This document shows, piece after piece, positions 16,387 through 23,427 of a stretch of DNA of 35,721 nucleotides; the stretch's first letter is position 1, and every line of letters begins with the position of its first letter. Source of the DNA: Actinomycetota bacterium (GTDB taxonomy: Bacteria > Actinomycetota > Acidimicrobiia > IMCC26256 > BP-133). The position numbers and the translations under genes were made by a program. The notes beneath the pieces are model-generated. The model saw only the letters and a list, made by a program, of their open reading frames with translations. It had not been told where the DNA came from and did no database searches. The stretch is from the NCBI GenBank assembly GCA_030838815.1, contig JAUZEX010000700.1, forward strand, positions 1-35,721, written 5' to 3'.

Positions 16387-16755
16387 ATGGATGACGAGGA
16401 ATTCCGTCCGATCATCGTCAAGGTCATCGGAGCGGTCGTCGACCAACCCGAGCTGAAGAAGCTGGCCGGCTCCGGGAAGGTTTTCGCCTTCGGGACGATC
16501 GACGGTGACGTGAGCTGGTACATCGACTGCTCCGGCGACCCCATCTTCTCCGAGGGCACGCCCGAGAAGTTCGAGGTGCGGGCGAAGATGTTGAAGGCCG
16601 ATTGGCTGTCGATGTTGAGCGGGAAGCTGTCGCCGACCCAGGCAATGCTGCGGAAGAAGCTCAAGGTCGAAGGATCGATCGCCGCCATCACCAGCCTTTC
16701 GATGGACGCGCTGCTGCGCACGTACAAGGAACAGATGGAGGACCAGACCGCATGA
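16387..16755 (+). CDS. SCP2 sterol-carrier-like domain protein
   Basis: 122 aa with an AAGGAG RBS. ...FEVRAKMLKADWLSMLSGKLSPTQAMLRKKLKVEGSIAAITSL is a typical SCP2 C-terminal pattern. Confidence 0.75.
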   Translation: MDDEEFRPIIVKVIGAVVDQPELKKLAGSGKVFAFGTIDGDVSWYIDCSGDPIFSEGTPEKFEVRAKMLKADWLSMLSGKLSPTQAMLRKKLKVEGSIAAITSLSMDALLRTYKEQMEDQTA

Positions 16756-17513
16756 TTCTCGAAGGCAAGGTCGGCATCATCACCGGGGCGGCGCAGGGCA
16801 TCGGGAGGGCCTACGCTCTGGCCGTCGCCGCCCAGGGCGCGAGCGTGGTGCTGGCCGACATCCAGGACGCCGGCCCGGCGGCGAAGGAGGTCGAAGCCGA
16901 GGGAGGCGATGCCCTGGCGGTCACCGTCGACGTGACCAAGTCAGAGTCGCTCGAGGCGATGGTGGCCAAGACCATCGAGCGCTTCGGGCGCATCGACTTC
17001 CTGGTGAACAACGCCGCACTCTACGGCGATCTGGAGCTCACCTACTGGGAGGACATCACTGACGAAGACTGGGACCGCGTCATGGCCGTGAACGTCAAGG
17101 GGATGTTTCTGGCCGCCAAGGCGGTGGCGCCCCACATGACCGAGCAGCGCTCCGGAAAGATCATCAACATCTCGTCGGGCACGGCCCACGCCGGCATCGT
17201 GGGCGCACTGCACTACGTCACGTCGAAGGCGGGCGTCATCGGGTTCACGCGGGCTCTGGCCCGGGAGCTGGGCGACTTCGGGATCAACGTGAACTGCGTG
17301 ACCCCGGGCTTCACCATGAGCGATGCCAGCGTGAAGATCATGCGCGAATCGGGAGCGGAATCGCTCGAGGACCTGATCGTCAGCGCACAGTGCTTCAAGC
17401 GGGCCGAGCAGCCGGGAGACCTCACGGGCGCCATCGTCTTCCTCGCTTCGGGCCTGTCCGACTTCATGACCGGCCAGATCGTGAACGTCGACGGCGGATG
17501 GGTGATGCACTAA
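16752..17513 (+). CDS. Short-chain dehydrogenase/reductase (candidate 3-hydroxyacyl-CoA dehydrogenase)
   Basis: ATGA overlap with the SCP2 gene. TGAAQGIGRA Rossmann motif, NNAA, catalytic Y-V-T-S-K, and a PG motif. Confidence 0.9.
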   Translation: MILEGKVGIITGAAQGIGRAYALAVAAQGASVVLADIQDAGPAAKEVEAEGGDALAVTVDVTKSESLEAMVAKTIERFGRIDFLVNNAALYGDLELTYWEDITDEDWDRVMAVNVKGMFLAAKAVAPHMTEQRSGKIINISSGTAHAGIVGALHYVTSKAGVIGFTRALARELGDFGINVNCVTPGFTMSDASVKIMRESGAESLEDLIVSAQCFKRAEQPGDLTGAIVFLASGLSDFMTGQIVNVDGGWVMH

Positions 17514-18877
17514 ACCGCGGGCCGCGCCGCGAAGAGCCGCCCGACCGCTCCCCGCGGTCGACGCGCCGCCGCAACCTCGTCATCGAGACGGCCGCCGGCC
17601 TGTTCCAGCAGTCCGGCTACCGGCGCACGTCGATGAACGACATCGCCGCCGAGTTGGGGTTCACGAAGGCCGCGCTCTACTACTACTTCGATTCCAAGGG
17701 CGCCCTGCTGGAGGCCATCGCGCTCTCGATCGGAGCCGAGCTACGGGATGGGATCCCCCCGCCGGACGAAGAGTCCCCGTCGATCCGGCTGCGGCATTTC
17801 GCCGAACATCACGTCTCGGTGATCGCCGATCGGCGGGCATTGTTCTCGGTCAGCATGCTGGAGCGGGCGGAGCTCGGCGAGGGCGGGCGGGCTCGCGTGA
17901 CCGAGGGTGAGCGCCAATACCTCCAGCAGGTCATGGAGATCATCAGCCGCCTCCCGCCGCGGCCCCCGGACGTCCCCGACGGGCAACTGGTGGCCGCTCA
18001 CGCCCTGGTGGCGATGTTGAATTCTCCGGCGGAGTGGTACCGACCCGGCCGGCTCACCCCCACCGAGGTGGCCGCCACGCTGGTCGACGTGTTCCGGAAC
18101 GGCATCGGCCGACCCGGTGCCGCCTCCGCCGTGACCGCCTCTGACCCTCGTACCAGCCAGCCGGCGCCGATCCCGGCGCCGGTCAACCCAGCGCCGGTCG
18201 ACATGGCGGCGGAGGGCAAGTCGAGGCGGGGACGGTGGGACGACCTCCTGTCGGTCAGCCTCGACGTCTTCCACGAGCGCGGCTACCACAGCACGACCCT
18301 GCAGCATCTGGCCGATGCCCTCGGCGTGACAAAGCCGGCGCTCTATTACTACGTCGACTCGAAGGCCGACCTGCTCGACGCCGTGGTCACCAGGAGCCTC
18401 GACCCCCTGGTCGAGACACTGAAGTGGTCAGCCGCCACCACGGACGACGGCTGGGAGCGGCTCCGGCTCCAGGTCCGGCTGACGGTGCAGCATCTCCACC
18501 GGGAGCGGGTCGCCTTCTGGGTGTTCCTCCACTCCGGGGCCTACGTCGACGACCGGGTCGGCCAGCGGATCGCCGACGCCAGCCGCCGGTTCGTCGCCCT
18601 GCTGCAGGAGACGTTCGACGCCGGGCGGGAGCAGGGCGTCTTTCGTGACGACATCGACCCGGTGGTGCTTTCCCGGGCGCTGGCGGGGATGCTGAAGGCC
18701 ACGGTGCGGTGGTTCAGGCCGAGCAGAGCCTTTTCGCCGGCCACCCTGGCCGAGCTCCTCTGCCAACTGACGCTCCACGGCTGCTGCGAGCCCGAGGACC
18801 GCGTGATCGACCTTTCCGATCGCCGGCCGACGTCGACCGTCACGCTCGGACGGCCCGATGTTGGCTGGCAGCCTTGA
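17498..18877 (+). CDS. Tandem double TetR-family regulator (two complete TetR units in one frame)
   Basis: HTH 1 is LVIETAAGLFQQSGYRRTSMNDIAAELGFTKAALYYYFDSKGALL. HTH 2 is LLSVSLDVFHERGYHSTTLQHLADALGVTKPALYYYVDSKADLL. They are joined by a Pro/Ala-rich linker with no stop codon. An internal ATG at 18203 could also start unit 2 on its own. Confidence 0.75.
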   Translation: MGDALNRGPRREEPPDRSPRSTRRRNLVIETAAGLFQQSGYRRTSMNDIAAELGFTKAALYYYFDSKGALLEAIALSIGAELRDGIPPPDEESPSIRLRHFAEHHVSVIADRRALFSVSMLERAELGEGGRARVTEGERQYLQQVMEIISRLPPRPPDVPDGQLVAAHALVAMLNSPAEWYRPGRLTPTEVAATLVDVFRNGIGRPGAASAVTASDPRTSQPAPIPAPVNPAPVDMAAEGKSRRGRWDDLLSVSLDVFHERGYHSTTLQHLADALGVTKPALYYYVDSKADLLDAVVTRSLDPLVETLKWSAATTDDGWERLRLQVRLTVQHLHRERVAFWVFLHSGAYVDDRVGQRIADASRRFVALLQETFDAGREQGVFRDDIDPVVLSRALAGMLKATVRWFRPSRAFSPATLAELLCQLTLHGCCEPEDRVIDLSDRRPTSTVTLGRPDVGWQP

Positions 18878-19472
18878 GGCCGGCGGCCTTCGGCGGGGGC
18901 CGCAGGGCGTTGACCCCGAGGCGGCTCGCCAGCTGGCCGAACTCCTCGGGCGACATACCCCGGCCCCGGCGGTACCAGCGGACGGCCGAGTTGGTCATGC
19001 CGACGAGGTTGAGCGCGGTGATCTTGGCCGGCACGTCGTCGAAGTCGCCCTGGTCGATGCCCTCCTGGATGATCGAGGCCAGTTGGTCCACGAACTGACG
19101 CTCTCCGGCCTCGAATCTGTCGCGCACCTTCGCCGGCAGGGCTTTGGTCTCCGCCAGGTAGACGGCGAAGATGTTGACGTTGCCGAGGACGAGTCGGGCG
19201 TGGGAGTCGAGGATACGGGCCACCTTCTCCGCCGGTGGCTCGGGGAGCCGCATGGCCAGTTCCATGTGGCTCAGCATCTCCGCCCCGGCGTTCTCGATCA
19301 CCGCGACGAGGATGTCCTCCTTGCTCTTGAACCAGTAGTAGAGCGCGGCCCGCGTGAACCCGAACTCGTCGGCGATGTCATTCAGGGTGGCTGTCCGGTA
19401 GCCCTTGGTGCGAAAGACGCGGGCCGCTACCCGCAGTATCTCCTCGCGCCTCCCGATGTCCGACTCCGCCAA
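18840..19472 (-). CDS. TetR/AcrR-family transcriptional regulator
   Basis: 210 aa. TTG start with GGAGG 7 nt upstream. HTH ILRVAARVFRTKGYRTATLNDIADEFGFTRAALYYWFKSKEDIL. The 3' end overlaps the convergent double-TetR gene by 38 nt. Confidence 0.85.
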   Translation of the reverse strand: MAESDIGRREEILRVAARVFRTKGYRTATLNDIADEFGFTRAALYYWFKSKEDILVAVIENAGAEMLSHMELAMRLPEPPAEKVARILDSHARLVLGNVNIFAVYLAETKALPAKVRDRFEAGERQFVDQLASIIQEGIDQGDFDDVPAKITALNLVGMTNSAVRWYRRGRGMSPEEFGQLASRLGVNALRPPPKAAGLKAASQHRAVRA

Positions 19473-19578
19473 CCCGCCACCTCCATCGTGCGATCCCGCA
19501 CCGTGTCGCGTCTAGCTTGCCCCATCGCGCTCGCCGGCACCGGTACTTCCCCAGTTTGCCCTTCTCCGCCCCACGTCT

Positions 19579-19599
19579 CTACTAACTTTCACGTAAGTT
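19579..19599. promoter_or_regulatory. Operator-like dyad C: CTACTAACT-N-AAGTT
   Basis: CTACTAACTTTCACGTAAGTT contains AACT-N8-AGTT. It shares TACTAAC with dyad A and GTAAGTTG with dyad B. Lies between the divergent TetR gene (19472) and the reductase operon (19648). Confidence 0.45.
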
Positions 19600-19647
19600 G
19601 AATAGGGGCTACCATATGAGGGTGCGAAGGGAAGTCTGGGGCGGGCG

Positions 19648-20661
19648 ATGAGCTTTCGGATCACCATCGCCAGGACCGGACGATCCTTCCCGGCGGAGGG
19701 GGAGGAGAGCCTTCTCGACGCCGCGCTGCGCCATGGCGTTCCCCTCCGGTACGGCTGCCGCCGAGGGAAGTGCTCGACCTGCAAACACCTGGTGGTCAAA
19801 GGTGAGGTCGACGACCACGGGATCTCGGCCTACGCGTTGCTCGATGACGAGCGCGACGAGGGAGTCACCCTGCTCTGCCAGGCTTTTCCCCGCAGCGACT
19901 GCCTCATCGAGCTGGTCGAAGACGGCGACGACGTTGACGTGGAGTTGCCGGTACCCCGCCTGGTCGGCGCCCGCCTCGCCGAGGCCACGGCGCTCTCCCG
20001 GAGCCTCTGGTCGGTGGTGCTCGAGCTGGACGAGCCGCTCGATTTCATCGCCGGCCAGTACGTCGAGGTCGCCGTGCCAGGGTTGCCTGGCGTCACCCGC
20101 CCGTACTCCGTAGCCAGCGCCGCCGGCGTGGGGGACCGTCTCGAACTGACGGTCAAACGCATCGAAGGTGGACGCTTCTCCGGCCAGCTCGGCTCGCTCC
20201 CGCCGGGCACGCCCACGACGGTGCGCGGGCCGTTCGGGGAGATGCATCTGCGCCGGAGCGGCCGACCGGTCACGCTGGTGGGCGCCGGCTCGGGCATCGG
20301 TCCGCTGCTGGGCATCCTCCGTACGCTGGCCGAAACCGAGCCGGCGCGCCCGGCGAGATTGTTCTACGGCGCGGCCACCCGCCGCGACCTGCCGTACGGG
20401 GACGAGCTCCGCCGGCTGGCCAACGCCTTGGCTTCCTTCGAATCGGTCATCACGCTCAGCCGGCCGGAGCCCGACGACGGCTGGGACGGGCCGGTCGGGC
20501 GGGTGGCCGCCGCCCTGGCGCGGTCGTTCGGCGACGAGTCCGCCATCGACGCCTACGTGTGCGGGCCTCCCGAGATGTGCGAGCACGTGTCGATGTTCCT
20601 CGAGGCCCGAGGGGTCCCGGGCCGCCAAATCCACGCCGACGGCTTCTACGCCGCCGATTGA
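19648..20661 (+). CDS. Ferredoxin-NAD(P)H oxidoreductase with N-terminal plant-type [2Fe-2S] domain (oxygenase reductase component)
   Basis: 337 aa. CRRGKCSTC...C cluster motif at the N-terminus, then RPYSVAS (flavin binding) and LVGAGSGIGPL (NAD(P)H binding). Confidence 0.9.
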   Translation: MSFRITIARTGRSFPAEGEESLLDAALRHGVPLRYGCRRGKCSTCKHLVVKGEVDDHGISAYALLDDERDEGVTLLCQAFPRSDCLIELVEDGDDVDVELPVPRLVGARLAEATALSRSLWSVVLELDEPLDFIAGQYVEVAVPGLPGVTRPYSVASAAGVGDRLELTVKRIEGGRFSGQLGSLPPGTPTTVRGPFGEMHLRRSGRPVTLVGAGSGIGPLLGILRTLAETEPARPARLFYGAATRRDLPYGDELRRLANALASFESVITLSRPEPDDGWDGPVGRVAAALARSFGDESAIDAYVCGPPEMCEHVSMFLEARGVPGRQIHADGFYAAD

Positions 20662-20676
20662 ACCGGAGAGGCAGTC

Positions 20677-20811
20677 GTGTTCCAGGTGCTGTGGGAATGC
20701 GGGGCGTGCGAGCACATCTGGGGTGCGCCCCCCACCGAGATGTTCACGGCCTGCCCGGCCTGCGGGAGCGACGACGTCGAGCAGGGCGACCAGCCCGTGG
20801 CCGTGAACTGA
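20677..20811 (+). CDS. Unlisted 44-aa zinc-ribbon miniprotein (FmdB-like CxxC...CPxCG)
   Basis: My own translation: VFQVLWECGACEHIWGAPPTEMFTACPACGSDDVEQGDQPVAVN*. C8-x2-C11-x14-C26-x2-C29. Near-total G/C at third positions. It fills the gap between the reductase and PaaA-like genes. Confidence 0.55.
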   Translation: MFQVLWECGACEHIWGAPPTEMFTACPACGSDDVEQGDQPVAVN

Positions 20812-20826
20812 GATCAGGAGGAGAGC

Positions 20827-21612
20827 ATGCCGATCGCTGAAGAGCTCGAGCTGGCGGCGCAGCCGATGCAGTTCGAGGCCGGTGACGAGCTTCCGCCCGA
20901 GTACCGGAAGCTCCTGACCACGCTCTTCTACCATCACGCCGAGGTGCTCACCCCGACGCTGGCCTACGAGCGGTTCATCCGCCATCTCGTGGATGTAGGC
21001 ATGGAGATGGCTCCCGACGCCGAGGCGAAGCTCCGGCTGGCCAACTTCTACGCCGAAGAGATCCGGCACGGCTACCTCTTCGCCAAGCTCTACACGGCCA
21101 TCGATCCCGACCTTCCCGGCCAGATCCTCGAGGCGTCCGGGCTCACCAGGGGGATGACCGCCGAAGACCCCGGCACGAGCCCCTTCGCCCAGGCCATCGA
21201 AGACTGGATCGACCTGTCCCTGTTCAACTTCCTCATCGACGGCGAAGGGTGCTGGCAGATCTCGGAGTGGGAGACCTCGTCGTATGCGCCCCTGGCCCGG
21301 ATCGCCGGCCAGGTGTCGCGAGACGAGCGGGGCCACTCGAACATGGGTTACCTCCATCTCAAGCGGGCCGTGCAGAAAGATCCGGCGGCCCACAAGGTGG
21401 CGCAGGGGCGGCTGTACGACAAGTGGTACCCCGTGGCCCTCGACACGTTCGGCCGTTCGGAGTCGTCCCGCAACCTCGCCTATCGGCGCTGGTCGCTGAA
21501 ACGCCGGTCCAACGAGGACCTGCGGCAGGACTTCGTGGCCCACGTCAACCCGATGCTCGAACGGCTGGGCTTCGAGCTCCCGCCCTACCAGCACAACCGG
21601 CACTTCCTGTGA
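20827..21612 (+). CDS. PaaA/PaaC-family ferritin-like diiron protein, paralog 3
   Basis: 261 aa with an AGGAGG RBS. EXXH motifs EEIRHG and RDERGH. PaaA-type C-terminus (WYPVALDTFGRS...LRQDFVAHVNPMLERLGFELP). Confidence 0.85.
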   Translation: MPIAEELELAAQPMQFEAGDELPPEYRKLLTTLFYHHAEVLTPTLAYERFIRHLVDVGMEMAPDAEAKLRLANFYAEEIRHGYLFAKLYTAIDPDLPGQILEASGLTRGMTAEDPGTSPFAQAIEDWIDLSLFNFLIDGEGCWQISEWETSSYAPLARIAGQVSRDERGHSNMGYLHLKRAVQKDPAAHKVAQGRLYDKWYPVALDTFGRSESSRNLAYRRWSLKRRSNEDLRQDFVAHVNPMLERLGFELPPYQHNRHFL

Positions 21613-22949
21613 GCGCCAGCGCAGTGCCGCGGCGAACGTACGCCAAAGCCGAGACGTGGTCCCGGGAGGAACTCGAAGCCTTTCAGCTGCGCAAGCTGCG
21701 GCGGGTCATGGCGCGGAACTGGGAGCACAACCCGTTCTACCGGGACCTCTGGACGCAGGCCAGGGTTTCCCCGGACGACATCCAGACGCTGGCGGACTTC
21801 CGCCACAGGGTGCCGGCGATCGAGAAGCGCGACTGCCTAGCCGACCAGTCGGACTTCCCACCGCTGGGCCGGCGCCTCGGCGTTCCCCCGGAGAGCGTCG
21901 CCCAGATCCACCTGACCAGCGGCACGACCGGTGTGGGTCAGGAGGCCTGGGGTCTTACGCAGGCCGACGTCGAACTCTCGGCCACGCTGTGGCTCTACCA
22001 GTACCACTGGATGGGCCTCCAACGGGGCGACGTCGCCTTCTATTCGATGCCGGTCGCCTTCTTCGCCAACGGCCTGTCGGCCGACTACGCGGCCAAGAAG
22101 ATGGGGATGGTCTCCTTCAACCTCTTCGGGATGGACAAGGAACTCGTCTTCCGGCTCATGGAGCGGTTCCAGCCGCACTACGTCTACGGGACCATGGCCA
22201 TGCCGTCCATGGTCGGCACCGACGACGACAAGCCCCGGGAGCGCTTCCACCGGCTCAAGGGCCTGTCCGGTGCCCTCATGGGGGTCGAGACCATCAAGAA
22301 GGTGACGGACCTCTGGGGCGCACCGCTCTACGAGATGTACGGCTGCACCCAGGCCTCCTCGGTGGTCGGTGCCACGTGCGAGCACACGGCGGTCGTCGGG
22401 GACCGGGGCGGGATGGTCCACTTCCTGGAAAGCCACTTCATCGTCGAGTGCCTCAACCGGGAGACCGGCGAGCCCGCCGGCCCGGAGGAGGACTGCGAGA
22501 TCTTCCTCACCACGCTCGACCGGGAGGCATCGCCGGCGATCCGGTTCCGGATGCACGACAAGGCGACGTTCCTCCCCCACACGGCCTGCACCTGCGGGCG
22601 GCCCTTCAACGGGTACCGCGTCGGCACGATCGCCCGCTGGGACGACATGATGAAGATCAAGGGGATCAATATCTGGCCGTCGATGATGGACGACATCGTC
22701 ATGATGCACCCGGAGGTGCACGAGTACCGGGGTTACGTCGAGGTCGACGCCGCTCGGTCCCGGGAGGTCATGCGCATCGTCGTGGACTTCAAGCCGGACA
22801 CCGCCTCTGAACAACGGGCCCGATTCCTGGAGGGACTCCGCCACGAGGTGAAGGCGACGACGTTCGTGACCCCGACGGTCGAGGAGGCCCCGGAGCCGCT
22901 GCCGGGCTTCGCCTTCAAGCCCGCCCGGTGGACCGACAACCGCCGCTGA
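21609..22949 (+). CDS. PaaK/F390-synthetase-family adenylate-forming ligase, copy 2
   Basis: GTG 21609 overlaps the upstream stop (GTGA). LRKLRRVMARNWEHNPFYRDLWTQARVSPDDIQTLADFRHRVPAIEKRD, LTSGTTG, and MKIKGINIWP. The track ORF from 21249 adds an out-of-frame-looking extension. Confidence 0.85.
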   Translation: MSASAVPRRTYAKAETWSREELEAFQLRKLRRVMARNWEHNPFYRDLWTQARVSPDDIQTLADFRHRVPAIEKRDCLADQSDFPPLGRRLGVPPESVAQIHLTSGTTGVGQEAWGLTQADVELSATLWLYQYHWMGLQRGDVAFYSMPVAFFANGLSADYAAKKMGMVSFNLFGMDKELVFRLMERFQPHYVYGTMAMPSMVGTDDDKPRERFHRLKGLSGALMGVETIKKVTDLWGAPLYEMYGCTQASSVVGATCEHTAVVGDRGGMVHFLESHFIVECLNRETGEPAGPEEDCEIFLTTLDREASPAIRFRMHDKATFLPHTACTCGRPFNGYRVGTIARWDDMMKIKGINIWPSMMDDIVMMHPEVHEYRGYVEVDAARSREVMRIVVDFKPDTASEQRARFLEGLRHEVKATTFVTPTVEEAPEPLPGFAFKPARWTDNRR

Positions 22950-22966
22950 CGGCAACGAGGAGCGAG

Positions 22967-23200
22967 ATGCAGATCAGCCGGCAGTTGGCCATCCAGAAGG
23001 TGTGGGACTCTCCCGACGTCGTCCCCGAAGTGGTCGAGGCGCTCCAGGCCATGCCCGACGCGTTGTGGGATGCCGCTCCCGGCCTCGCGGAACTGCGGGA
23101 GGCGGCCCGGCCCTTCTGCGAATCGGCGGGCTGCGACGTCGAGGAACTGGAGCAGATCCTCAGCCGGCACGTCGGCAACACCTGGTGGCGACCGGAGTGA
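22967..23200 (+). CDS. Hypothetical 77-aa protein, small paralog A
   Basis: ATG 22967 follows GAGGAG. Paralogous to the next ORF, sharing a VW(D/E)..D.VP.V...L.A..D..W...P.L..L pattern. Confidence 0.5.
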   Translation: MQISRQLAIQKVWDSPDVVPEVVEALQAMPDALWDAAPGLAELREAARPFCESAGCDVEELEQILSRHVGNTWWRPE

Positions 23201-23427
23201 CTGGAGAGCGGGAGCTGATCCGCCACCGGGTATGGGAGGCGTCGGACTGCGTCCCCGGAGTGTGCGACGTGCTGGCCGCCGTCAGCGACGAGGAGTGGCG
23301 GACGGTGCCCGACCTGCGGACCCTGGCCGCCGCCCACCGCTCGGACCTGGCCCGCCACGGGACGGACGAGGACGAGTTCGTCCTCGTGACGGCCCGCTGG
23401 TCGGAGTCCGCCGAGGGGGTTGCGTAG
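23197..23427 (+). CDS. Hypothetical 76-aa protein, small paralog B
   Basis: GTG 23197 overlaps the stop of paralog A (GTGA). Its TAG is immediately followed by the GTG of the Mo-hydroxylase gene. Confidence 0.5.
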   Translation: MTGERELIRHRVWEASDCVPGVCDVLAAVSDEEWRTVPDLRTLAAAHRSDLARHGTDEDEFVLVTARWSESAEGVA

